A stretch of DNA of 64,000 bases from a cyanobacterium endosymbiont of Rhopalodia gibba (GTDB lineage Bacteria; Cyanobacteriota; Cyanobacteriia; Cyanobacteriales; Microcystaceae): contig CP067995.1 of NCBI GenBank assembly GCA_045159875.1, forward strand, positions 2,880,001-2,944,000, given 5' to 3'. Positions 11,920 through 22,550 of the stretch are shown piece by piece. Numbering within the stretch: position 1 is the stretch's first letter; each line of letters opens with the position of its first letter. The notes under the pieces were generated by a model that did no database searches, was not told the DNA's origin, and saw only the letters and a program-made list of their open reading frames with translations. The position numbers and the translations under genes were made by a program.

Positions 11920-13080
11920 ATGTCCCAACGTCCCATTTACCTAGACTGTCATGCGACAACTCCCATGGATGAGCGGGTGCTAGAGGCGATGATGCCTTAT
12001 TTTACTCGATATTTTGGCAACTCTTCAAGTGCTAGTCATATTTATGGATGGGAAAGCGAAGCAGCTGTTAGGAAGGCTAGAGAGACCATAGCGGATGCTA
12101 TCAATTGTTGTCCTGAAGCAATTATTTTTACCAGTGGTGCAACAGAAGCTAATAATTTAGCAATCAAAGGAATTGCTGAGTCTTATTTTAATAAAGGACA
12201 ACATATAATTACCGTCCAAACTGAACATCGAGCAGTGTTGGATCCATGTCATTATTTGGAAACACTAGGATTTGAAGTCACCTTTTTACCCGTTCAAAAG
12301 AACGGATTAATCGATTTAGATGAATTAGAAAAAGCCATTCGTCCTGAGACAATTTTACTGTCAGTCATGGCAGCTAATAATGAAATTGGGGTAATTCAAC
12401 CTTTGGCAAAAATTGGGCAAATTTGTCATGCTCATCAAGTTTTGTTCCATAGCGATGCAGCGCAGGCGATCGGAAAAATTCCTCTAGATGTTCAAACTAT
12501 GAACTTAGATGTTATGTCTTTAACTGCCCACAAAGTTTATGGACCCAAGGGCATTGGGGCATTATATGTCCGTCCTCGTAATCCTAGAGTGCGCTTGGCT
12601 GCCCAGTTGCACGGAGGGGGACAGGAAAAAAGAGTACGAGCAGGAACTCTCTACACTCCCCAAATTGTAGGGTTTGCTAAAGCTGTGAAATTGGGATTAG
12701 AAGAAATAGAATCTGAGGGAAAACGTCAAAGTCAATTGCGCAATCACCTTTGGCATCGACTAAGTCAACTCGACGGTATCCATCTTAATGGTCACCCCAC
12801 TCAACGGTTACCGGGTAACCTTAACATTAGTGTTGAGAAGGTTGATGGATCTGCCTTATTACTAGGATTACAATCAACAGTAGCAATATCTTCAGGAGCT
12901 GCCTGTTCTTCGATTGAAACAACTCCTTCTCATGTTCTCCTAGCTTTAGGACATGAGGATTCCCTCGCTTATGCCTCCTTGCGCTTTGGACTAGGGCGAT
13001 TTACCACCACCCAAGAGATTAAGCAGGTGAGTGAGTCAACAGTAAATACCATTAAGTCTTTACGTCAAACCACTATCTAA
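11920..13080 (+). CDS. iscS: Cysteine desulfurase, group I (IscS/NifS)
   Basis: YLDCHATTP, FTSGATEANN, TAHKVYGPKG, SSGAACS. Confidence 0.92.
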   Translation: MSQRPIYLDCHATTPMDERVLEAMMPYFTRYFGNSSSASHIYGWESEAAVRKARETIADAINCCPEAIIFTSGATEANNLAIKGIAESYFNKGQHIITVQTEHRAVLDPCHYLETLGFEVTFLPVQKNGLIDLDELEKAIRPETILLSVMAANNEIGVIQPLAKIGQICHAHQVLFHSDAAQAIGKIPLDVQTMNLDVMSLTAHKVYGPKGIGALYVRPRNPRVRLAAQLHGGGQEKRVRAGTLYTPQIVGFAKAVKLGLEEIESEGKRQSQLRNHLWHRLSQLDGIHLNGHPTQRLPGNLNISVEKVDGSALLLGLQSTVAISSGAACSSIETTPSHVLLALGHEDSLAYASLRFGLGRFTTTQEIKQVSESTVNTIKSLRQTTI

Positions 13081-13256
13081 CTGTAATTTTCAGTGATAAA
13101 TGGGGCAGTTAACTAATTTACTTAACAAAATCAATGTTATATAAAACCAATATATCTCTTTAAAGGAAACGATTTTGGTTAACTTATCCTTGTTAAGAAT
13201 CTATTAGGTAAAATCTTTGTTTAAGTTAAAATACGGCATAAATTTTAGTAGAACCA

Positions 13257-14048
13257 ATGAGTAAGATGAGCTAATGATTGAACAATCACTAAACTTACTG
13301 GAAGGAGAAAGAGAAGATATTAATCCTTCATCATCAAAGGAGTTTGATTTTAGTCCTTATCTCAGATAAGTCGGGCTGATTCCTCGAACAACCAGTTTGA
13401 CCACTTTTACTAGTTTGGTTCTCAGCGCGCAGAGTCCCTGTACTTACGTAGGTAATTTCTACTTACTCGTTGAGCCTATTACCTTAGCATGGACAGAAGA
13501 AGTTCCTAATGAAAGATTATTTGGTTTAGACTATTCAACAAATCTGGTGTTTTTAACCGGTCCAGAAATGACCTATAAAATTACCAAGTATGTTTATACA
13601 AAAGAAATATTTCGAGAAATGACTGTTATTTGGGAATAAGAGAAAATTTTGTCTTTTAACGCGTTAGTATCGAGGCAAGATTTGCTGTTTTGTATAAGAA
13701 AGAAAATTCGAGTTTATCCCGAAAGTATCATTTAAGATGTACCTATATATAGAGGATTTATAGATCTTAATTGCTGGAAAATTAACTTATGAGACTCCTA
13801 AAAAGTTATGGTCAATAGGATTACAAAAACTAATAGCCGAATCAGCCACACTCTATGAGCTCATAATTTATGATACGATTCACTTTCTGTATAATTCAAA
13901 TATTAAATTGATGGCAGCAAGAATCGATGACATTGTAATGGTAGTACAGATCAACAAAACATCAGTATCTTCAGTTGAAAAAGCGATTAAAGAAATTAGT
14001 CCTTTAAGACTACCTTTGTTAGTAACTGTTAATAATCAAGTTTATTAA
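13257..14048 (+). pseudogene. wzc: GumC/Wzc-like polysaccharide chain-length determinant / BY-kinase, internally deleted
   Basis: N-terminal YVGNFYLLVEPIT..GLDYST and C-terminal YELIIYDT..IDDIVMVVQINKT..LPLLVTVNN lie within about 790 bp, with stops. Confidence 0.7.
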
Positions 14049-14265
14049 CTATTAATGATTATGGTCTTAGCTAACTTAGCCTACTAAATCTGCATCTCAA
14101 AATTTCTTAATTTTTTCTTAACATTTTTACAAAAACGCTGTATGTAACTTCTTTAAAGAAAAGGGGATGAAAACTAGCTCTAGGACCTCTTGTATAGTAA
14201 GAGCTTTATTGATGTTCTAGGTTAATCCAAATAATCAAAAATTTAATCATCCTCAACGCGTCAGT

Positions 14266-15639
14266 TTATCTTTCTCCATGGAGATTTTTATCCTTTACTA
14301 CTTCGTGTAAATTCTCCCAACGAAGACTGACTGGTTTAGGGATTTTTGGTAAAGAAATAGGGGGAGCATTTTTTCTTAAAACGTTAATAGCTCCTTTATA
14401 TTGAGGGTCAGCATGAGTTCCCATTAAAGATGGATCATTTCTAAGTTGTATATGTTGCTCCATGCTTAGGTCTAGATAAATATCGGGATTAATCCCTTTT
14501 TGATTAATATCCTTCCCACTGGGAGGATAATACCGCGCAATGGTAACCGCTAACCCAGACCCATCTGATAAGGAGTGAACTGACTGTACAGTTCCCTTCC
14601 CATAAGTGGTAGTTCCCACCACTGTTGCTCGTCCATTTTCTTTCAATGCTCCTGCTAAAATCTCACTGGCACTAGCAGAACCTTCATCGACTAACACCAC
14701 TAAGGGCAAATCTGTTAATGAGGTTCCATTAGCTGAAAAATGGCGATCACCACCACGACGATCAACCGTCATAACAATTTCTCCCTTTTTGAGCCAAAGA
14801 CGAGCAATATCTATACTAGCAAGAAGTAATCCACCTGGATTTCCACGCAAATCTAAAATATAACCGGATACTTCTTTATTTCCTAGATCTTTTATAGCGT
14901 TTCTCATTTGCTCAGCAGCATGGGAACTAAACTCGTCGAGGCGAATATAACCGACGCGAAGTTGAGCTTCCTGTTTGAGGTTATAACTTACAGAAGCAAT
15001 TTCAATCTGTGATCGTGTTAGAGTGACTTGAAACACCCCTTTATTCTCGCGGGACAATTGTAGACTAACATCAGTTCCTAATTCCCCTTGAACTGCATTT
15101 CTAGCTTCTTCAAGAGTCATTAACGCTGTTGGTTTGCCGTTGATGCGAATGATGCGATCACCTCTTTTAATACCCGCCATAGCAGCTGGTGAACTTTTAA
15201 CTGCCTCCACCACGTACAATTGGCTAGTGCGTTTGTCAAATGTTAGCCTAACTCCCACACCAGATAATTCTCCAGAGGTTTGACTAGTAAGGGTAGCAAA
15301 ATTATCAGGGGTCAAAAAACGAGTATAAGGATCTCCCAACCATTTCAATGTCTTTTGAATGGCTTTGTATGCTTGTTTATGATTAGCATAATCTCGGCTG
15401 AGCAATTCTTGACGCTTTTCTTTCCATTCAACTCGATTGAATTCTTTGTCTACAAACTCATTGTTAACAATTTGCCACATCTCATCGATAACCACCTTAG
15501 GATTATCTTCCAAGATGGTTATCGATGATTTAGGAGAACTTAACGCAGGAATGGCCAGAGACTGGAGAGTTATAGCTATGATCGTCCCTCCCCAGAGACA
15601 AATTTGATGCAACCGAACGGGCTTTATCGGAGTATTCAT
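14266..15639 (-). CDS. ctpB: Carboxy-terminal processing protease (S41, PDZ), CtpB-like
   Basis: LGDPYTRFL, LDLRGNPGGLL, SASASEILAGAL, TYGKGTVQ. ATG at 15639 preferred over TTG at 15684; paralog assignment less certain. Confidence 0.85.
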   Translation of the reverse strand: MNTPIKPVRLHQICLWGGTIIAITLQSLAIPALSSPKSSITILEDNPKVVIDEMWQIVNNEFVDKEFNRVEWKEKRQELLSRDYANHKQAYKAIQKTLKWLGDPYTRFLTPDNFATLTSQTSGELSGVGVRLTFDKRTSQLYVVEAVKSSPAAMAGIKRGDRIIRINGKPTALMTLEEARNAVQGELGTDVSLQLSRENKGVFQVTLTRSQIEIASVSYNLKQEAQLRVGYIRLDEFSSHAAEQMRNAIKDLGNKEVSGYILDLRGNPGGLLLASIDIARLWLKKGEIVMTVDRRGGDRHFSANGTSLTDLPLVVLVDEGSASASEILAGALKENGRATVVGTTTYGKGTVQSVHSLSDGSGLAVTIARYYPPSGKDINQKGINPDIYLDLSMEQHIQLRNDPSLMGTHADPQYKGAINVLRKNAPPISLPKIPKPVSLRWENLHEVVKDKNLHGER

Positions 15640-15759
15640 GGGGATTTTTATAGAATAATGACAATATGAAATGGGTTCAAGCAAATTAACAAGATTTAGG
15701 TAATAGAATTAGCCGTCTTCAACCTCAATAGCTTTGATTAAACCACCACAATGGAAGAA

Positions 15760-16290
15760 TTAAGCGTGAGTAGAGGTGATAACTATATTTTCTTTTTGCT
15801 TTAAGTTGTACTCGAAAAAATCGAGTAGGATTGCCTGATGAACCTTTCCGATGGGATGAACCTTATCGGTTTTTGGAGAATAGCATCGTCCTTGTTTAAC
15901 TATATTCACAGGCACTAATCCAAAATCGACTCCTTCTTGCAAGACTAATTGTTCTATCGCAACAATTAAAGGAGAAGAATAAAGATAACGAGTAATATTC
16001 GGTTCATTATAAACTCTAAACTCAATTGGGTTAGGGACTTTATAATTAATTTCTTCAATTAATTCCCGTTTGAGTGCTTGTTCCGGGTTTTCTCCTAACT
16101 CTATATGACCCCCAAATAAACCCCAATGGTCGGGATAGGCGATCATAGATATATTATCACGCAACTGGAGCAAAAAATTATCCTCTTGGTAAACAATCGC
16201 CAAGGCGACCTGAAGAGGAGATTCAGCGTCTTTGTCCTCAAGGTTAGTTAGAGATAATTGAGGGGGAGACGAGTATTCATGCGATCGCAT
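15760..16290 (-). CDS. NUDIX hydrolase
   Basis: Nudix box GGHIELGENPEQALKRELIEEI. Confidence 0.9.
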   Translation of the reverse strand: MRSHEYSSPPQLSLTNLEDKDAESPLQVALAIVYQEDNFLLQLRDNISMIAYPDHWGLFGGHIELGENPEQALKRELIEEINYKVPNPIEFRVYNEPNITRYLYSSPLIVAIEQLVLQEGVDFGLVPVNIVKQGRCYSPKTDKVHPIGKVHQAILLDFFEYNLKQKENIVITSTHA

Positions 16291-16313
16291 AGTTATTTTA
16301 GTGTAATTTTACT

Positions 16314-16853
16314 TTATTTTGAGTTACTTTTATGGGGTAGTAGAAGTTCATTAACATCCAAATCCGATGTTGATGTAGATTCAGGTTGAGAAGAAGACAA
16401 TGGTTGTGTGGGTTGATCGGGAGTTTTGGTTTGGAGCTCAAGTTGTTCTACCTCTAAAATATACAATTCGCCCAAATCTTGGCCACCAATAGAAATTGGC
16501 TGATACTCTACTCGTCCTTTAATGGTTATAGAATCTCCTGCTTTGGGAAGGGTGCCATTGGTCAGAACCCAAACTGTCCCCGTATCATCTTGGAGTTTAT
16601 AGGAACCATTATCCATAAAAGGCGCATGATCAACCACGGTTCCTTTAATATAATAAAATGCTTCTTGAGTTTGAGAGAGTTCTTTTGGTTGCTGATATTG
16701 GATGATTTCATTGATAGGAGTTACTGGTATTTGAGCTTTTTTTAAAAAATTAAGTCGATTACAACCAATAATTTCTCCTATCAGTAAGAATAGAAATCCA
16801 CCATGGCAAATTCTAATGTTTAAATCTTTCATGATGAGTGGGAGTAGCTTCAC
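16314..16853 (-). CDS. Putative OB-fold lipoprotein
   Basis: Hydrophobic N-region ending IIGC; GSYKLQDDTGTVWV..GDSITIKGRV. Confidence 0.7.
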   Translation of the reverse strand: MKLLPLIMKDLNIRICHGGFLFLLIGEIIGCNRLNFLKKAQIPVTPINEIIQYQQPKELSQTQEAFYYIKGTVVDHAPFMDNGSYKLQDDTGTVWVLTNGTLPKAGDSITIKGRVEYQPISIGGQDLGELYILEVEQLELQTKTPDQPTQPLSSSQPESTSTSDLDVNELLLPHKSNSK

Positions 16854-16925
16854 TAAACTGAGATATTTTAACTGAAAGGATACCTTAAAATTTTTACTAG
16901 TTCCAAATTCATTAATTATTTGTCG

Positions 16926-17795
16926 ATGTCTTCTTCAACTTCTTTTATGTTAAATGGTAAGGCTTTAGCAAAAAAAATTCAGTGTAAACTCCAATCCTGG
17001 GTTCAAAAGCAACAACCCAGGATTGGCCGTCCTCCAGGGTTGGCAGTATTGATGGTAGGGGATGATCCGGCTAGTACTGTTTATGTCCATAACAAAGAGC
17101 GGGCTTGCGCTAAGGTAGGAATTGTTTCTTTTGGTCATCATTTCCCGGCTAATATCTCCCAAGACGAATTAGAAACCGTTATTGGACAACTAAATCAAGA
17201 TCCGCGAGTAGATGGGATATTAGTCCAGTTACCTTTGCCCGTCCATTTAGACGCAGTACAATTGTTATTGACTATTGACCCCGATAAAGATGTTGATGGT
17301 CTTCATCCGATGAATTTAGGACGGTTAATACGTGGTGAACCAGGGTTACGCAGTTGTACTCCCGCCGGGGTGATGCGTCTATTAGAAGAAAATCAGATCG
17401 AAGTGGCAGGTAAACACGCAGTGGTGGTAGGAAGAAGCATTTTAGTGGGCAAACCGTTAGGGTTAATGTTACTTGAAAAAAATGCTACAGTGACTATGGC
17501 TCATTCTCAAACCCGAGATTTACGAAATGTGACCCGTCAAGGGGATATTTTAATTGTTGCAGTAGGTAAACCAGAGTTCATTAACGCAGACATGGTTAAA
17601 CCTGGGGCAATAGTTATTGACGTAGGAATTAATCGTGTTGTTCGATCAGATGGAACTTCCCAACTGCTAGGGGATGTGGATTTCAACTCTGTGGCTGATA
17701 CAGCGCAATATGTTACGCCAGTTCCTGGGGGAGTAGGTCCGATGACTGTAGCGATGTTATTAAGCAATACGGTGTTAAGTTATCATCAACGGTAG
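16926..17795 (+). CDS. folD: Methylenetetrahydrofolate dehydrogenase/cyclohydrolase
   Basis: [44 protein letters not shown]. Confidence 0.97.
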   Translation: MSSSTSFMLNGKALAKKIQCKLQSWVQKQQPRIGRPPGLAVLMVGDDPASTVYVHNKERACAKVGIVSFGHHFPANISQDELETVIGQLNQDPRVDGILVQLPLPVHLDAVQLLLTIDPDKDVDGLHPMNLGRLIRGEPGLRSCTPAGVMRLLEENQIEVAGKHAVVVGRSILVGKPLGLMLLEKNATVTMAHSQTRDLRNVTRQGDILIVAVGKPEFINADMVKPGAIVIDVGINRVVRSDGTSQLLGDVDFNSVADTAQYVTPVPGGVGPMTVAMLLSNTVLSYHQR

Positions 17796-17800
17796 ATACT

Positions 17801-18321
17801 ATGAATGAATTTTTTTAGAATTATACCTGTGAGTTATCCCAAGGGAAAGCCTCGCAGGTGTCCATTATCCCTGAGCAGGATGATGTAGACTTCGATTTGA
17901 TGATTTAAAGAGCCTGTAGGGAATATTATTACCCAATATATATAGTATTAATACTGATGCCTACCGTACATTTACGAGTTTTGTAAGTGGAACCTATTTA
18001 TTTAGAGTCACATCGGTTAAAGAAAGTTGTAAGTTTGCTATTGATGTTAGCCTAGTAACAATTCTTTTTTCTCGTAATTATTCCCATCATCTTGAAAATA
18101 GTGTTGTTTGGAAAGTTGCGGTGATTCCCACCGCGAAGAGCATGGATTTTAATCTTTATATTGAAAATCCCAAGGACCAAGCAATTATTCAAGATAGTAG
18201 TTTCGAGCCTTCTGCAACTTGTGTGTTTACTAGTAATATTGAAGGGAACTATTCTTTTCTGCTTAAATTCCTTAAAGGAATGAGAGATTTTAATTTTCAA
18301 ATTGAGGGATTGATAGAATAA
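17801..18321 (+). pseudogene. Remnant of a two-repeat-domain hypothetical protein
   Basis: VSIIPEQDDVDFDLMI* resembles downstream VAVIPTAKSMDFNLYI; frames interrupted. Confidence 0.35.
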
Positions 18322-18346
18322 TTTAATGAAATTAAGTGTATCCACA

Positions 18347-18405
18347 AGTTATCATGAATCCCCAAATATTTAAAATAACTAAATATTTGGGGATTCATGA
18401 TAACT
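18347..18405. repeat. Inverted repeat, 26-bp perfect arms, 7-nt loop
   Basis: agttatcatgaatccccaaatattta-aaataac-taaatatttggggattcatgataact. Confidence 0.95.
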
Positions 18406-18537
18406 CTTTTTAAGATGATAAAATCAGAAAAAATTCAACTTATTATTTATATCTTCTACTAGTTTTAGAGGGTTTTTTGATCAAAAAATACAATAATTTT
18501 TCCAATTCAACACTTAATTATTTTACAAATTTTTAAC

Positions 18538-18589
18538 TACAATAAATAAGCTTTTTAGCTACTTTGTGCTAAAAAGCTTATTTATTGTA
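18538..18589. repeat. Inverted repeat, 22-bp perfect arms, 8-nt loop
   Basis: tacaataaataagctttttagc-tactttgt-gctaaaaagcttatttattgta. Confidence 0.95.
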
Positions 18590-19173
18590 CGTCTAATGTC
18601 TAGTTTCAGCTTTACTCAAAAATTATTTTATATTCCTCTTTAGTTTAATTTATTTTTTAAACTTAAATCTTCTTTATTTGTAAGTAAGATATATGTGTTT
18701 TTAATTTCAACCTAATAAATTTTTTTTCAACTAGCTTTTAAACTATTTCACCTCTCGTTTAAGAACTTTTCTTTGATTGTATCATTGAGTATTAATCTAT
18801 TTCATCTTATGAAATCTATCTGCTACTATTTCAACTTATCGCACTAGTTTATTTAAAGGTAAAAAGTAAGCAGTCAAACGAGATTTTATATCTAAAATAC
18901 CAGACCTCAATAAATGCTGCTTCTAGCATAGAATTGATGTTCTACTCTCTTCATAAATTTACTTGCCTCACAGTAACTTAAAGCAGAGAAATTCGCGCCG
19001 TATGCCTGTATAACTTGTGGAGAGAAGTGTCACAAAATTTTCTACAGTTGTTAGACTAATCTTGTTAGGTAGTTCATTAGTATCTTCCCTATCTGGAGTC
19101 TTTCTTTTAAAATTAGAGATCTAAACGCTATATATAGAGTTTACTTTAGTTAGTCTCGGATAAAGAAGGGATA

Positions 19174-22100
19174 ATGAACCATAAACAGGAATGGCAAGAT
19201 AGCGGTGTTGACGAACAATTGATTAATCTCAATGTGATAGCTTTGGAGGGGAATTCTCCTTTAGAGTATTTGTTTTATTCTGATGCACTTTCTAGACGTA
19301 ATGATGGTCGGGTCAATAATTCCATGTTAAAACGCTATGAACATACAGAACGAGGAGGCTGGTGGTGTTCGGGAATAGATTTATTGACAGGCGGCGAGGA
19401 TTTATGGGGGTGTTTCAAACCCAATTCCCCTCGAACCAGTTATGATAAGCACAAGTTAATCAAATATGAGCATCCCCCTAAAACATCTACAGGGGTTTTT
19501 GCCTTGCGGGTTCCATTGCATCTATGGCGACAATTAGCCCAACGCCACCATCAAGATCTTACTCCAGAAGAGATTAATAATCAACTCCCAGATTTAGGTT
19601 TTTGGCAATGGGTGATAAATCATCCTTCGATTCCCCTTTGTATTACTGAAGGGGCTAAAAAAGCAGGGGCGTTATTAACAGCAGGATATGCTACAATCGC
19701 CCTTCCAGGAATTAATAGTGGCTATCGAACCCCTCGAGATAAGTTGGGCAACCGAATCGGAAAGTCTCATCTCATTCCCCAACTCGAAAAACTAGCGATT
19801 TCAGGGAGGAAAATTTATATTGCTTTTGATCAAGATAGTAAACCAAGTTCTATTAAAGAAGTGAATTCTGCTATTAGAAAATTGGGAAGTTTATTCACTC
19901 AAGCAGGATGTCAAGTTAACGTTATTGTTTGGCTACCGAAATGGGGAAAAGGAGTAGATGATTTTTTAGCGCATAAAGGACTCAAAACTTTTAATGAAAC
20001 TTACGAAAAAGCCTTATCTCTAGAAACTTGGAAAGCACAAAGCTTAAGACAACTAACTTATCCTTCTGATCTTGAAGTCAGTACTCGATATTTAGGAGAT
20101 TTACCCATTCCTACAACTGCTAAATTAGTAGGAATAAAATCTCCAATAGGGACTGGAAAAACTAAGGCTCTTGAAAAGATTGTTGAACAGGCAATCACTT
20201 CTCAACAAAAAATATTAGTAATTGGACATAGAGTTAAGTTAGTTGAGCAACTTTGTCAACGATTTAAAATTCCTTATTTAACAGAAATCGAAGGAAATAA
20301 TGTTAGAAATATAAAAGGATGTGGACTTTGCATTGATTCTCTTCATCCTAATTCTTCATTTAAATTTAATCCTAGTGATTGGACAGATAGTCTAATTATT
20401 ATCGATGAAATTGAACAGGTTTTATGGCATGGATTAAATTCAGATACTTGCAAGGAAAATAGAGTTTCTATCCTAAGATCTTTTAAGAAGTTACTTGAAC
20501 AAAGTTTATATTTTAAAGGAAGAATAGTTATTGCTGATGCAGACTTAAGTGACATTTCTCTTGACTATTTAATTTCTTTGATAGGAATTAAATTAAAACC
20601 CTTTATTGTAATCAACAATTGGAAATCTAACAATAAAGAAGCATGGGGAGTATATAATTATCCAGAAACTACCCCCCAAGAGTGGCTCAAAGATTTAATG
20701 CAACATATCCAGCAAGGGGGTAAACCTTTTGTTTGTCTATCCGCTCAGAAATTAACTAGTAAGTGGGGAACACAAACTCTAGAATTCTACTTAAAAAAAC
20801 GATTCCCAGAAGTGAAAATTCTAAGGATTGATTCTGAATCGTTAACTGACCCTAATCATAACGCTTACCAATCTATCAACCACCTTAATCAAATACTATT
20901 AAATTACGATATCATTTTGGCTAGTCCTTCCATTGAGACGGGAGTAAGTATCGATATTAAAGATCATTTTACCTCTGTTTGGGGATTAGCTCAAGGGATA
21001 CAAACTGCTACCTCTGTCTGTCAATCACTAGGACGAATTCGTGACAACATTCCTCGTTATCTTTGGTGTGCTTCCTATGGGTTTAATAAAGTGGGAAATG
21101 GTTCTACTTCAATTCCTAATTTGTTAACTTCTAGTAATCGCGTTACTCAGTTAAATATTAAGTTATTACAACAATCTGACCTAGAAGCCTTAGATGATAT
21201 AGATATAGAATTTCAAGCAGAATCTTTACTTTGTTGGGCAAAAATGGCGGTTCGCGTTAATGTTTCAATGATTCATTATCGAGAGTCTATATTAAGAAAT
21301 ATTACTGACCAAAATCATCCAGTTCTTCGTAAGAATAAAGTTTTCAAAATTCAAGATATAAAAAAATATAAAAAATATTCGTATGATAGTAAAAATTCTT
21401 GTCAATTAATGAAAGCAATTGAAAGTATTAGAGAACAAAATTATCAAGAAGAATGCCTAATGGTTGCCCAAGGCAAGGAGATTACTGATCAACAATATAA
21501 AGCGTTAAATAAGAGGTTAGTTAAAACTGTAGTTGAACGGCATAACATCAAAAAATATAATTTACAAAGACGCTATTGTATTGAAGTAACTCCTCAATTA
21601 GTTGCCTTAGATAATGAAGGATGGTACGACAGGATTCGTCTCCATTATTTCTTAACTTTAGGACGTTCTTATTTAGCAGATAGAGACACTATTCTTGCTA
21701 AAAAATTCATAGAAAAAGGACAGGGTAGTCTTTTTGTACCTGATTTTAATAGTTCTCAATTAGGGGGAATTATTGGGACAATGGAGGTATTGGGAATTTC
21801 GGTGTTACTCATGAACCATAAGCGAAAGTTAAAACCTACAGATGAAGACTTGCAAGCGATGGCAAGAATTGCTATTAAAAACCGCGCTGAAATCAAAACT
21901 ATTATGGGAATTGGTATTGCCAAAAATTCTAGTCCTATCACGATTATACGGCGGTTGTTGGATAAAATTGGCTATGGATTAACTTGTATTGGTTCTCAAA
22001 AAGTTAACAAAAAACGAGTGCGGGTGTATCAAGTTGTTCTTCCTAATGATGCTAGGCAAAAGGTGTTTAGACAATGGTGGATAAGAGATGGAAAATCCCC

Positions 22101-22209
22101 AGGCAGTTCTGAACCTTGGTTTGAAGAATATACAAATATTAAGTCAGAAATAACTAAAATTCAGCAAGAAGAAAATAAAAATTATATTCAATTAAGTTTA
22201 GAATTTTAG
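19174..22209 (+). CDS. CyRepA1-family plasmid-type replication protein (DUF3854/TOPRIM primase-like domain + SF2 helicase-like domain)
   Basis: 1011 aa; IKYEHPPK, ITEGAKKAGALL, IYIAFDQD, KGVDDF; Walker A SPIGTGKT, Walker B IIIDEIEQ, SPSIETGVSID, QSLGRIR. Confidence 0.88.
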   Translation: MNHKQEWQDSGVDEQLINLNVIALEGNSPLEYLFYSDALSRRNDGRVNNSMLKRYEHTERGGWWCSGIDLLTGGEDLWGCFKPNSPRTSYDKHKLIKYEHPPKTSTGVFALRVPLHLWRQLAQRHHQDLTPEEINNQLPDLGFWQWVINHPSIPLCITEGAKKAGALLTAGYATIALPGINSGYRTPRDKLGNRIGKSHLIPQLEKLAISGRKIYIAFDQDSKPSSIKEVNSAIRKLGSLFTQAGCQVNVIVWLPKWGKGVDDFLAHKGLKTFNETYEKALSLETWKAQSLRQLTYPSDLEVSTRYLGDLPIPTTAKLVGIKSPIGTGKTKALEKIVEQAITSQQKILVIGHRVKLVEQLCQRFKIPYLTEIEGNNVRNIKGCGLCIDSLHPNSSFKFNPSDWTDSLIIIDEIEQVLWHGLNSDTCKENRVSILRSFKKLLEQSLYFKGRIVIADADLSDISLDYLISLIGIKLKPFIVINNWKSNNKEAWGVYNYPETTPQEWLKDLMQHIQQGGKPFVCLSAQKLTSKWGTQTLEFYLKKRFPEVKILRIDSESLTDPNHNAYQSINHLNQILLNYDIILASPSIETGVSIDIKDHFTSVWGLAQGIQTATSVCQSLGRIRDNIPRYLWCASYGFNKVGNGSTSIPNLLTSSNRVTQLNIKLLQQSDLEALDDIDIEFQAESLLCWAKMAVRVNVSMIHYRESILRNITDQNHPVLRKNKVFKIQDIKKYKKYSYDSKNSCQLMKAIESIREQNYQEECLMVAQGKEITDQQYKALNKRLVKTVVERHNIKKYNLQRRYCIEVTPQLVALDNEGWYDRIRLHYFLTLGRSYLADRDTILAKKFIEKGQGSLFVPDFNSSQLGGIIGTMEVLGISVLLMNHKRKLKPTDEDLQAMARIAIKNRAEIKTIMGIGIAKNSSPITIIRRLLDKIGYGLTCIGSQKVNKKRVRVYQVVLPNDARQKVFRQWWIRDGKSPGSSEPWFEEYTNIKSEITKIQQEENKNYIQLSLEF

Positions 22210-22387
22210 AAATTTACTTCAATCCTTGATCTTAAAAACTATATTTTGTAGAGTGGATTAGATGAAGGTCAGATTTTGAATAAAAAAATCGTAAGTTCTT
22301 ATCTACGTCGTAATCCCTATGATGGGAAATCAATCCGAGTATACCGAAAGAATTCAATACGAGTGATAAATTACACCATATCTTATG

Positions 22388-22437
22388 CTAATACATCCGT
22401 AGATACCTTGTATACAAGGTATCTACGGATGTATTAG
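22388..22437. repeat. Perfect 50-bp palindrome with no spacer
   Basis: ctaatacatccgtagataccttgta|tacaaggtatctacggatgtattag, between the convergent rep gene and gor. Confidence 0.97.
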
Positions 22438-22550
22438 GCAAAAAGGGATACTAAGATGCAGATTTGTATGTAGATGATAGCTAGAAATTTTTAGGAGAAA
22501 CTTAATAGAATTGTTGATTAAATTTTCCCTAAATTCTAGAATAAAAAACT

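Noticed and set aside
13397..13639. 80-aa ORF
   Set aside because: A fragment of the wzc-like pseudogene.
18338..18346. DnaA-box-like gtatccaca abutting the 26-bp hairpin
   Set aside because: A single one-mismatch 9-mer with no cluster; expected by chance.
18960..19173. Iterons upstream of the rep gene
   Set aside because: No direct-repeat array visible.
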